From: Lingula anatina
Lineage: Eukaryota; Animalia; Brachiopoda
DNA length: 64,000 nucleotides
Assembly: GCA_051362555.1 (NCBI GenBank)
Contig: CM120647.1
Span: forward strand, 186,001-250,000
Direction of reading: 5' to 3'
Of this stretch, positions 1 through 11,485 are shown in pieces. Both the position numbers and the translations under genes were made by a program. A model generated the notes under the pieces. It saw only the letters and a program-made list of their open reading frames with translations, was not told the origin of the DNA and searched no databases. Position 1 is the first letter of the stretch; the number at the start of each line of letters is the position of its first letter.

Positions 1-591
1 GGTTTGTGCTGCCACAGTGATAGATGGTGCCACCTCGCCTAGGGTCGAGACCTTATGAGACTACACTGTAAGTGGTTCAATTATCATTCCCGGGCACTGA
101 TGATTTACGACACAGAAATATCCTCGGTCGATCATTTACACAGCAACACGGATTTTCAAACTTCATCTTTCATCTTGAGGGTTCATTGCTTATTCACCAT
201 TGTTATCTTACAATTATACAAATAATACCCGTTATGTCAGTCTGCAATTAGGACCCTTCAGAATGTGTCCATAAATTTGTAAACAGAATGAAGTCATCTA
301 CAACCACAATGCTAATGAAACATATTAATAAATAAATCTGTAAGGAGAAAACCAGTCAACTACAAATAATAAACGAGCCCGGCGAATCTGGCAAATTAAG
401 TTGTTGGATGTGTAAGCTGAAATGCAGTCTATTTGCTACAAGTGCCCCGTAATGGTGGGTGTGTAAAACAGAATAATCTTAAGCCTACGGAGTTTCTTAA
501 ATAATAAATCGTTCAAAAATAATAAAAACATTCTTCTCGTCATGAACTAGCTATATTGGACCAAACGCGTGCGATTTATTATACGGTATAA

Positions 592-1752
592 CAAAGTCCA
601 CTCACTCTCTTTCAGTCCACTGTATATCACTATATCCAGCCAAAGTTCACTCACTCTCTTCAGTCCACTGTATATTACTATATCCAGCCAAAGTCCACTC
701 ACTCTCTTTCAGTCCACTGTATATCACTATATCCAGCCAAAGTTCACTCACTCTCTTCAGTCCACTGTATATTACTATATCCAGCCAAAGTCCACTCACT
801 CTCTTTCAGTCCACTGTATATCACAATATATAGCCAAAGTCCACTCACTTTCTTTCAGTCCACTGTATATCACTATATCCAGCCAAAGTTCACTCACTCT
901 CTTCAGTCCACTGTATATCACTATATCCAGCCAAAGTCAACTCACTCTCTTTCAGTCCACTGTATATCACAATATATAGCCATAGTCCACTCACTCTCTT
1001 TCAGTCCACTGTATATCACTATATCCAGCCAAAGTCCACTCACTCTCTTTCAGTCCACTGTATATCACTATATCCAGCCAAAGTCCACTCACTCTCTTTC
1101 AGTCCACTGTATATCACTATATCCAGCCAAAGTCCACTCACTCTTTTTCAGTCCACTGTATATCACTATATCCAGCCAAAGTCCACTCACTCTCTTCAGT
1201 CCACTGTATATCACTATATCCAGCCAAAGTCCACTCACTCTCTTTCAGTCCACTGTATATCACTTTGTCCAGCCAAAGTCCACTCACTTTCTTTCAGTCC
1301 ACTGTATATCACTATATCCAGCCAAAGTCCACTCACTCTCTTTCAGTCCACTGTATATCACTTTGTCCAGCCAAAGTCCACTCACTTTCTTTCAGTCCAC
1401 TGTATATCACTATATCCAGCCAAAGTCAACTCACTCTCTTTCAGTCCACTGTATATCACTATATCCAGCCAAAGTCCACTCACTTTCTTTCAGTCCACTG
1501 TATATCACTTTGTCCAGCCAAAGTCCACTCACTCTCTTTCAGTCCACTGTATATCATTATTTCCAGCCAAAGTCCACTCACTCTCTTTCAGTCCACTGTA
1601 TATCACTATATCCAGTCAAAGTCCACTCACTCTCTTTCAGTCCACTGTATATCACTTTGTCCAGCCAAAGTCCACTCACTCTCTTTCAGTCCACTGTATA
1701 TCATTATTTCCAGCCAAAGTCCACTCACTCTCTTTCAGTCCACTGTATATCA
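592..1752. repeat. 49-bp minisatellite, ~23 copies (CAAAGTCCACTCACTCTCTTTCAGTCCACTGTATATCACTATATCCAGC)
   Basis: Directly visible tandem units with occasional 1-bp deletions. Explains the ORFs at 569, 1265 and 1363. Confidence 0.97.
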
Positions 1753-2332
1753 AGAAGTCCAGCCTAAGAGAGTGGGTGATCTGTCCTCACCCAATCCTTC
1801 TAAGCACACTTTGGTGCACTTCTGTTGTCATATTCAACGAATGTGTTAGGTGCTACAGGTAAAGAACAGCTCTAAATGCGCCTGGTTGATAATGTTAAAT
1901 GTGATCTAGTAAGCATATCAAGTGTGCTAGGTGTGACTGACGAGTGACTGTAAGAGAGTCCAGGCGACGGCGTTCAGTGCTTCAGAGGGGGTTTCGTTCC
2001 CGTCTTTGCTACTTGTACCTTGTTATTTTCATTATCTTACTCTTTTTCATTAGTGTGTGTCACACTGAGTGTTTCAGTTTTTTCTTTACAAATTTAAGAA
2101 ACTCCTTTTACTGTCAGCCCTTACTGTGATACACATCTGTACATATCTGTACATTATTCATAATTCGCAGATTTTTTTCAGTTAATGTGGTTTGCATGTA
2201 TTGATAAAATAATTTTAAAAATCATATGACCCTTAGTTTACAATTCCCCTCAAAAAAAAGAGGGCTTGAATAGAAAAGGCCAAATATCGCCACGAATTTC
2301 ATGGTCAGTACTCTGTGTTATCACCAGCTTTG

Positions 2333-2600
2333 GGCCGGACCCAAGGCACAATGTGACAGCGTTCTGGTCACATTTCCCATGGTTTACTAACAGGCTGTCC
2401 AGGCGCGCTGTTCCACGGTCCTGCTATTGGCCGGACACAAGACATAGTGTGACAGCGTTCTGGTCACATTTCCCATGGTTTACTAACAGGCTGTCCAGGC
2501 GCGCTGTTCTACGGTCCTGCTATTGGCCGGATCCTAGACATAGTGTGACAGCGTTCTGGTCACATTTCCCATGGTTTACTAACAGGCCGTCAAGGCGCGC
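2333..2600. repeat. 96-bp tandem repeat, ~2.8 copies
   Basis: GTGACAGCGTTCTGGTCACATTTCCCATGGTTTACTAACAGG recurs three times, giving a 32-aa periodicity in ORF 2266-2646. Confidence 0.93.
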
Positions 2601-3788
2601 TATGCCTCGTGTTGGTTTGACCACCTGGTGTTGCCATGGTTACTGAACTGATATGAGTCAGTGTTTGAACAGTCAACAATTATGGAGTTCTTATCAGAGT
2701 GAAATTGGTCTCCTGTCCAGCGTACATTCACCGTTCAAAGTGGCCCAGACGTCACTGATAACAGTCCCAATTATTGACGGGCACGGACAGTGGCGTAACT
2801 TAAGGGCTCCAGCCACTGTAAGAGAGCACGGGTAACTTGGAGGCAGCTCTCCTGGTTCACCCCCCCCCTCCCTCCCTGACCCCCACCACTACCACCACCA
2901 CCCACAGCTGTTCTGTCGTGATAGCCCAGGCATCGAGTGATCCAATGAGGTAGGTTCTGTCGCTTTAGTTTTCTGTTTATTCAGAGTTGATTGTATAACT
3001 TGTACTATGTTTGTACAATGGAATCAGTCTTAATTTAAAGACACCAAAGTCTGAATACAAATTACAGCAGTCTGTGGAACTTGCACTGTTTACTTGCCTG
3101 CTTACTTCACTGTGTTTACCATTAACCTGCAGCAAATACTCAATGCCAGACTTATATCAGCGTGCGCGTTCTGGGGCAAGGGTAAGGCTAGAAGTTGACA
3201 AATACGGTAAATGTACACCGCAGTATTCCCACATATTCTTTGTGGTTTTAATGAACAATATCGACATTCTTAGTCGGCGTCTCATGTCTGGGAATCACGT
3301 CCATGTATTAATAGAATGCTTTACTTCAGTCCTACCGTGATAAGAGCGTCTTTCGTTAAGTCAGTGTTACATAAGAGAAAATATCAAATAATGGAAGCAG
3401 CAGAAATAACATAAACAGTGTTTCTAAACACTTATTAAAACGTGAAATAGAATAGCTTGGAATGCTAAAATGGGACGTCGAAATAGCAGTTCTCAAGGTG
3501 TTTGTCGTGTAGTAGAGATTACAGAACACGAGTAATAACAAATAACAATCAAACACCTGAGTACGGCTGATATGCCAGGAGATTTATATGCAATTAATTA
3601 TAGCTGATTGCAATTTTTCTGGAACATTACGACTGCCAAATCTCGTTCTTTGTTATACAACATCCAAAGCTCGGCGCTGGGGTCTCTGGTATGTACATAG
3701 GTATATAGTAGCTTAAGTAGCGTCCAGGTGGGCTTCAGCCGCGTACTGCAGAGATATTAGACCAGCTGGCAGCTACAGGAGAGGAAAG

Positions 3789-3954
3789 ATGCACAGCACC
3801 AAACGTGCTGAAGTCGGCCGTAGCCTCACACGGCTGGGACGCTACACCACACGAAGGTCTGCAGTGATCGTTAACCGTGGGGCAAATGCTAAAGTAACGC
3901 TTAATATACCACAGAGTCTGCTGGACAAGGTGGGGGAAAGACTTAGTCTGCACG
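3789..3954 (+). CDS. Candidate alternative first coding exon of the otopetrin gene (MHSTKRAEVGRSLTRLGRY...ERLSLH)
   Basis: ATG at 3789, 55 open codons plus 1 nt, then G|GTGAGA. This phase-1 donor is in frame with the acceptor at 11356. Inference only, no homology support. Confidence 0.3.
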
Positions 3955-4538
3955 GTGAGAACGCTTGATTACACACACCTTATACGTATACTTCTTATCC
4001 TCCAAACTCACATGCTTTTACATAACAGATATATTCTGTAACTGTCTTGTAATATCTTATTTTGTTATATATTCAATTATAAATCTGTTTGGCTGTATAT
4101 AATTTGTTTATTCATTCGTTAATCTATTTATTAGTGATGTCATTGTTGATTATATACTGATGTATATATTAATTTATTAATCAGCTTTTTCGTTAAGTCT
4201 TTCTCCTACCTATCTATCCATCCATCCATCTATCTATCTATCTATCTATGTAAAAATACGTCTATCCCATCGCCCAGATCAGATCTATCATTGATATAGA
4301 CGTGCGATGTAGACGACATTATGAACAGGCTCTGTTACAAACATTAATAAAACACCAACAAATGCCACACTTGGATTGCTTTATCAGCCATGCAATACAA
4401 CAGCTCACCCTATATGTTGAATGAATGCATCAATGCATCTTTTACTTGGATTTTAGTAACATATCATGCATTCTGGGAATTTTTTATTCCAAATATGGTC
4501 TTGAAACTTGTTCATGGCATTTATTCATGGTAAGTTTT

Positions 4539-5088
4539 CAGACCTACCCAACTACCAGACTCGGCACCTAAGGATCCTGAATTAACCGGTATATCGCACC
4601 ACACTACCCGTTTTCAAGGTGTGTGTCAGATCGCATTTCGGAGTATCAGCCAGAACACCGACAGGATGAGCCCTGGTATGCTCGGCTGTCACCTTGATTG
4701 GATAGTAAACGATTGTCGTAAAATCGCTATATGATTTTAAAACCGGGTGCATAATTTTGAAAGCCACCTAGATGAACCTTAGACTCCCACATTAATCTAA
4801 TACAATGCAAAAAGCCCTATCAAAAGTGGTTAAAACATTCAAACCGAATGTCGTAAAGTCCCCATATATCCCCATAGAGACAATAAAATAGAGTACTCTA
4901 AAGTAAGAGTACAGTTTAAGGTTGTTCAGCCGAGCGTGGATGAGCCCGCAGTCGTGCTACAAAATTTGTTCTGGGGTATGATACTCCGAAATGCGATCTG
5001 ACACACACCTTGAAAACGGGTAGCGTGGTCCGATATACCGGTTAATTCAGGATCCTTAGGTGCCGAGTCTGGTAGTTGGGTAGGCCTG
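4539..5088. mobile_element. Non-autonomous TIR DNA transposon (MITE), 550 bp, 110-bp TIRs, 5-bp TSD GTTTT
   Basis: 4539-4648 is a near-perfect reverse complement of 4979-5088 (CAGACCTACCCAACTACCAGACTCGG... / ...CCGAGTCTGGTAGTTGGGTAGGCCTG). GTTTT lies at 4534-4538 and 5089-5093. No transposase ORF. Confidence 0.92.
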
Positions 5089-6769
5089 GTTTTGTACCGC
5101 ATCCAGGTTCACAGATTTCAGTTGCTTGGTAGGTCCAACTCTGCTGGGGATTCTCGCTAAAGTGTAATCAGTGGATTCACCTTAGCTGTTTGATATGCCT
5201 CTTCGAGCAACTAGGGGGTAAGTAACTATCGTGTGCTGATTGCACTTCAGCGAGAATCAACTGGTACATGTACAATGGGTGAATCTGAAGGCGTCCTAAT
5301 ACGCCGTGTAGCGCTACATGACCTTTAAAAACTGGATTCTGGTTATTAAGCGGTGGTCAGTTGAGCCGCGAGGCATAAACTTCCATGGTTGAGCGGAGAA
5401 TACAGGCATACTTAGCCTGTATTGATTAATGGAAATGTCTACTGCTGGCCTTTACATTAAATGTAATCTAACCAGCCTGCTTGAATTTTCTAAATAAAAA
5501 ACTAGAACTTGCAAACACTGCGGTCGCGAATATATAATCCGATCTGAGTATGTCTCATTATAGTGATTAATGAAAAAAATATATAAGAAGAATACTCGCA
5601 GTGAAATAGTTTATTGTAAATGGAGGCCTCGGTTTTATTTCCCCTGTGGTCTGGTTAAGAGAAGCTTCAGCTTTTCTGGCACTGTCTGCTGTCTGCTGTG
5701 TTGACTTTAAACCGTAAATACTCATCTTTATAACCTGACCACGAGTGAACACGCTGTTGTCAAGTAACTATCAGGTACCAGCAACGCTGCCAAGGCAACG
5801 CTTCTACGTGTGTACCATTGGCACCATGGCAACTCTACGTGTGCTACAGCGGCACCATGGCAACGTCTACTCGTGTGCAGCAGCGGCACCATGGCAACGT
5901 GTGCTGCAAGGAGCGAATTCTACTAACTATTTAAGAGTTGACATTATTACACGGAGTATAAAGTTTTTTCAGCAGTACACTAGTGAAGGCAAGAAATCAT
6001 TTGATCTGATAAATTTTCATCGTTTGTGTACTTTTATAGGGGAATCCCTTTGATTGACTAGTTCTGTTCCCTGTAGTGCAAATTGATCAAAATGAGCAAA
6101 ATAGGTACGAAACTGAAGAAAATGAATAACATAATAATAAATATATATGTAAAAATACCCTTATTTTGGCGGTCAGACCTCCGCCAATAAAATAAAAACA
6201 AAAACAAAAAAACTTTAGGTAAACAACGATTTCTACATTTGCTGTTGATTGAAAAACAAACTACTGGTACGTATTTACTCAGAAACAATTCAAAACGATA
6301 CCAAATAATTTGCCGTTTGATATAGTGTGATGTTTCCATGAAAGTCAAACGATTTTTTTCGTTATGGTTTATGCAAAAAGTGTATGGAAAGGCGAAATCT
6401 TCTAGCGATTCATGTAGATGAGACGCCATGAGAAGGGGACGGTTACGACTTGTTATCACGAAAAAAAGATTTCAGTTTGACAAATTCTGGGAGTAAAGTT
6501 GTTCCAAGTGAAACTGCTTGGATACAGAACACTGCTCTCCATACGTTGTTCTATTGTCTGCCTCCAAGGCTAGCTGTCCATTGAAACCTCGCTTTAGTTT
6601 ATATAATGTAAACTATTGAATCTGACCAAGTTACTAAGCACATTATCAAATTGATTATCTAACGTCAGTCCAGTACTCTGGCTCAGTCTTCCTCTCTCTC
6701 TCTCTCTGTCTGTCTATGTTCAGTCAGACTGCCGTCATAGCTGTGTCATTGTCACCTTACAGGGCGCCC

Positions 6770-6836
6770 ATGGACTGTCACTATCACCTCACCCATGATG
6801 ACGACAGCACGGTCACCCTGGACGCTCACACTGAGG
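6770..6836 (+). CDS. Candidate upstream coding exon of the otopetrin gene (MDCHYHLTHDDDSTVTLDAHTE)
   Basis: Pyrimidine-rich acceptors at ~6723 and 6762, CCCATGG Kozak-like ATG at 6770, donor G|GTACGT. Phase 1 matches acceptor 11356 and reads on as AAVRPGDRRGHMPVQ. Confidence 0.45.
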
Positions 6837-7159
6837 GTACGTACTATAACAAGGCACGCCGGCAGGTGGCACTCACGTTAACATTTGATTTAAGTACAGA
6901 AAGCCCCGCTATATCTCAGCCATATCGACCGTGTCGGTTATCTCATACACAGGCTAAACTGTACTTTATACCGTGTCATAATGATGGTCAAGTTTACACC
7001 TCAGATTCAGGTAGAGATAGCGTCCTTGGTGCTGTTTGCGCCGTGATAATACTGTGTTGTAGAGCGGCGTCTAATTCAGACCTGCTGTATGCTATACTGT
7101 AGTTTATAATAACCCTCTCAGCTACATGTAGCCTTATCCCTCTCAAGTATCTCTCTAAC

Positions 7160-7387
7160 ACCCCATTTCCATAGATTTTTAGATCGATCTATCCCTGTGG
7201 GGAGTCTCACTAGATTACTGTCAGCTTGGCCGGCCTAAGCGTCTGTCCCGCCTACCAAAAGCTGTAAGGGGGTAATTAGCTATGGTGCCCGCTCGGCTGA
7301 CTGCAATTTAGCGTGAACCCCCAGGGAGTTAGGTCGATCTAAATCTTAATCTCTAGATCGATCTAAATCTCTGGGAAAGCACCCTTA
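7160..7387. mobile_element. Degenerate MITE-like element with short inverted termini
   Basis: TTTCCATAGATTTTTAGATCGATCTA near 7166 is an imperfect reverse complement of TAGATCGATCTAAATCTCTGGGAAA near 7354-7378. Confidence 0.5.
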
Positions 7388-7390
7388 TAA

Positions 7391-7905
7391 GAGCACATTT
7401 AGAACAGATGACACGCGGTCTAACTGATCCGCCAACTAAATAAGGCCGACCCCTCTTAAAAGCAAGCCGATTAATCCCCTGATGATCTCTTAGGAACCAC
7501 ACTCACCATTAAACGGATAAAATCTTGACTCCGAGGTTTAATTGCTAGACCCCTCCAGAAGGAGGCGGGATTAGCGACATCGCTTTTAAGTGGGTCGGCC
7601 ATATTTAGTCCGAGGATGTGTTAGGTCGCATTCAGAACAGATGATCCTCGGACTTACAGACCCACGGATCAAATATGGCCGACCCAGTTAAAAGGTAGCC
7701 GCTTATAATCCCCTGCTGGTCTCCCCTCGCAGTCCACACGCGCCGTTACTTAAGCAAAAACATGTAAACATCGGAGCCGAGATTTAATCTGTTTTACGGC
7801 GTGTGTGGAGACGGTGAAAACCACAAGGGATTAAGCGGCTTCCTTTGAAGTGGGGTCAGTCCACGGCTCAGTAAGTACGCGGATCAACTTTTTCTGAATG
7901 CGACC
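7391..7905. mobile_element. Two adjacent related foldback MITEs (truncated 7391-7620, complete 7624-7905), possibly PIF/Harbinger (Tourist)-like
   Basis: TIR GGTCGCATTCAGAA (7624) pairs with TTCTGAATGCGACC (ends 7905), with degenerate inverted arms inside. The first copy shares AGAACAGATGA...GGCCGACCC...TTAAAA...TAATCCCCTG. The superfamily call is inferred from GG termini and a TTA left flank. Confidence 0.7.
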
Positions 7906-7947
7906 AATCCACTTTACGCGTGCTCTACGAGACAGGTAGGGGTAATG

Positions 7948-8004
7948 TAATAATAATAATAATAATATTGTTTTATTAACATATTATTATTATTATTATT
8001 AACA

Positions 8005-8056
<52 letters not shown>
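7948..8056. repeat. (AAT)n/(ATT)n microsatellite
   Basis: Directly visible. Confidence 0.95.
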
Positions 8057-8925
8057 TCGAAAGAAACATCAACGTTAACTGCTAAAGACAGTTTTAATAT
8101 CTAGCTAGTTCACTTTCCGACTGCGTGACCTTTTTTCATTTAATCAGCCACATTGTAACTAACAGCGCGTGATTTACAGCCTGGTTTCTGTTGGCCAGCT
8201 TTCATAAACAGTGTGTTTGTAGACGCCAGACCAGTAGCAGTTATGAATGGACAGAGGGCAGAAATTAGGTGCACGCGGTTTGTGTACCTGATCAATATCA
8301 AAGCTTCAAGGCCAGCGACTTCAGCTGAATCACGGGACGGGTAATTACACAAGTGAGCCTGGAAATAGTTTACCTGACATGGAACACAGCTTTTCTCTAA
8401 ATGTATTGCTATATAAGTAATAAATAGAAAGCTTTAAAAACACTAGAATTAAACAAATTCGATCATCAACCAAACTGCAGTTTTACAAATAGAAGCCACA
8501 AGGACGATACATCAAGACAAAAGGTAATAATATAACCAAAACCTACAAGTTGCACGGATCATTACCAGACAGACACATTTGTTAAGTGCTGCAGCTCGCG
8601 TTACTTGCAGAGTGGGTATCGACAGTTTTTCGACAGAACGTGTTGCTGAAGACGCGTTACTTCCAGAAATCACCACCAGATGTCGCGTCAGATTATCTGC
8701 ATACTGCGTTGTTTCAGTACACAAAATTACTAACTGTATTTTTTGGTTCAAAGGGCGACGACTTCACGCCCTGTTCAAGATGACCTCTGACCTTTGCTGG
8801 TCACCTGACTGTTGACGTAACAGAGAGAAAAAAGTCAATATCCAGCACGTGAGTCCCATCAATCCCTAGACTTATGACTCTGTTGACTCTGGTAGACTGA
8901 GAGTCATAACAGTCTGATCTTTGAT

Positions 8926-9077
8926 GACTACGTTGATATACACATAATTTCAATACAATATTTGACTAGTTTACAGGACTATACGTTGATATACACATAA
9001 ATTCAACACAATATTTGACTATTTTACAGGACTATACGTTGATATACACATAAAGTCAACACAATATTAGACTATTG
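8926..9077. repeat. 53-bp tandem repeat, ~3 copies
   Basis: CGTTGATATACACATAA occurs at 8931, 8984 and 9037. Confidence 0.9.
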
Positions 9078-9126
9078 TTCAGCTTGATGTGGTACATTTC
9101 AAGATGCATTCATAAATTCTCTTTCA

Positions 9127-9497
9127 TTACCTCCGCCAAGGAGGTTTTGTTTTCACCCCTGTTTGTCTGTCTGTTTGTTTGTCTGTCTATCATCAACATA
9201 ACTCAAAAAGTTATGGACCGATTTTGATGAAATTTTCAGGAACTGTCAGAAGTGGGCCAAGGAAAAGATGATTAGTTTTGGGTGGTGATCCGGATCAATA
9301 ACCAATAATCAAAAATCAATCATCAACATAAGTTATGGACCGATTTTGATGAAATTTTCAGGGTAGGTCAGAAATGGGTTAACTTAGAAGTGATTAGTTA
9401 TTGGTGGTGATCCGGATCAGGAGTCAATCAATTATCAATAATAATCAAAAATTGCTGCCTTGGCGGAGGTCTGCGCTCGCGAAGTGCTTTTCTAGTT
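9127..9497 (+). mobile_element. Non-autonomous Helentron-associated (HINE/DINE-1-like) element, copy 1
   Basis: Subterminal inverted repeat CCTCCGCCAAGG...CCTTGGCGGAGG, (CTGT/TTGT)n microsatellite, two core repeats (GTTATGGACCGATTTTGATGAAATTTTCAGG...GGTGGTGATCCGGATC), short 3' hairpin, CTAGTT end. This layout matches known DINE-1/HINE elements. Confidence 0.8.
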
Positions 9498-11128
9498 ATA
9501 CAAGTCACTCTCCCATGACGTTCCCCAGCACCAGCCAATGAAGTGTATATCCTGCACACCTGGTCAGAATTTCTAACGAATTCTTTGGTTCGCTGGAAAT
9601 AAAAATAAAGTGTTAAAATGCAGACGCAGCGGCTTTCTTGCACACATAGAGCCAGACACGGGTTTCGTAACGCCAGCGATGACGTAACATGTCCACTTTC
9701 AAAGCCGCTTTTTTAACGGACAAAAGGCTGGAGTGGTGACCTCCACGTGCACTCCGGCGTTTGTTGTTTACATCTGTGCGGGTCTTGTGCTGTGGCGGGA
9801 TGTCAACGTGACTGGAAACCACGGAAGAAAGGGACATTTTGTCTCCTCTGTGGTGTTAACTTCCACGATATGTAGGGTGTCGGTGTCACAAAATGGGGTG
9901 GAAGAGATATTATGTGGGCTAACGAGCCGTTGCCATGGTGATAATTAGAACATAGGATTTCTAAACAACATATATCAGGATATAAGGTTACTCCGCCATT
10001 CATCAGTCATACAAATATGGCGTGTTTATTGTCAGTTTTATAAAAGCACAGTGGTCATCAGTAAGAAGCCTTTGTCCAGCGTCGGGTCCAGCGTTTGCTA
10101 CCAGGGGCTTTGCTTCCCGAGTTTGTTTTGTAGGGAACTGCGGTCAAGTAGACATAAAAGACGGTACATAAAGAACGCGTCTTCCGAACTGTAGTGTGTA
10201 AATCAGTGTGGCACAGCGCAGACAGTCAGCGGAGAAGGAGGAGAGAGGAGAGAGGAGAGAGGAGGACCGTGAGGTACGGGTCAGAAGATACGAGGAGGGA
10301 CACGCCATCTTGAAGCAGGCTGTTCTTTATCCAGAAACAATAACGTACACCGAAGATCGCGGCACGACGAGGAATTAGCCGCTTCCGCTGCAGTTAAGTG
10401 CATTCGTTGCATTAATTAATGCAATATAGCGCACGTCTGGTACGTACTCCGGGAAATACGCAACGTCAGTTTGCTCTACATACGGGTACTCTTCTCAGCG
10501 TCTGCCAGCTTTTGATTAAGAGAAACCAGTATGGCTGAGCTCCTGGAAATGGTATTTCCATCAGATTTTGTTAACAACAGTTGAGATTAAAGTCGACGCT
10601 CGAGGCATCAGTTGGATCCATGGCGTTTATGTAGGCAACGCGCCACGTGGAAATCGCTGCTACTGAAACAAAGAACATTAATTACACCCGCCTCTATGAC
10701 AGTTTTTTATTCATTGTTTAACCCTGAGAAATAAATCATAACACTGAACCGTTGCATATATTCACCAACTCAGCAGATCTACTTTTCACGGTATTCAGAA
10801 CGGACGTTGAGCTGCGGGCTGACTTTAAAAGCGTCAGGATTATCCTTCAATTCCAGGATTTCTGCAACGATTACAGAACACGGGGCAGCGTCTGGTTTTA
10901 GGATTATCCACCAATTTTGTGAAGATGACAAAACACTGACGCAGGATTTAGACAATGAGTTTTCGTGGAGCTAGATAGATGAACAATCTGCCGTCAATTA
11001 CGGTTCATACGTGTCGAAACTTACAGTTTACCAAACTAAACCGAATTAGGCGATAATAAGCTGACAGCAGTAAACGTTGTGCAGTGCGCTGTGTACAGGG
11101 AATATATTAAGACAGCTCTCTTAGCCTC

Positions 11129-11240
11129 CTGACAGCCGCCCCCTGACAGCTGCCCTCTGACAGCCGTCCCCTGAAAGCCTCCCTGACAGCCGTCTCGTGA
11201 GAGCCCCTCTGACAGCCGTCCCCTGAGAGCCCCTCTGACT
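11129..11240. repeat. Degenerate ~14-15-bp repeat (CCCTGACAGCCGTC)
   Basis: About 8 imperfect units directly visible. Confidence 0.75.
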
Positions 11241-11355
11241 CATGAGACCCATATCACTAACACACACTGTATCATAACGTACATAATCAAATCCAGTCCG
11301 ATCCTCCTCAGAATGCAGCCTGCTGACTTAGACTTTGACTTTGACTTTGTTCCAG

Positions 11356-11485
11356 CTGCCGTCAGACCCGGTGACCGGCGTGGACACATGCCTGTCCAAC
11401 CGTACCAACAGCGGAGGAGACCGTCAGCGTTCCAGAGACTCTGGAGCAAACTGAGCAGCACCAGTACAGAGTATGATGGACAGAT
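11356..11485 (+). CDS. Otop: Otopetrin N-terminal exon (...GHMPVQPYQQRRRPSAFQRLWSKLSSTSTEYDGQ)
   Basis: Acceptor TTTGTTCCAG| and strong donor AT|GTAAGT. Open frame with ATG at 11388. The phase-2 end joins exon 36325 (AT+A = Ile, then FDNDNMRAV). Confidence 0.68.

Noticed and set aside
569-1849. Three ORFs of 134-194 aa
   Set aside because: Translations of the 49-bp tandem repeat cycling through frames, with no coding signal.
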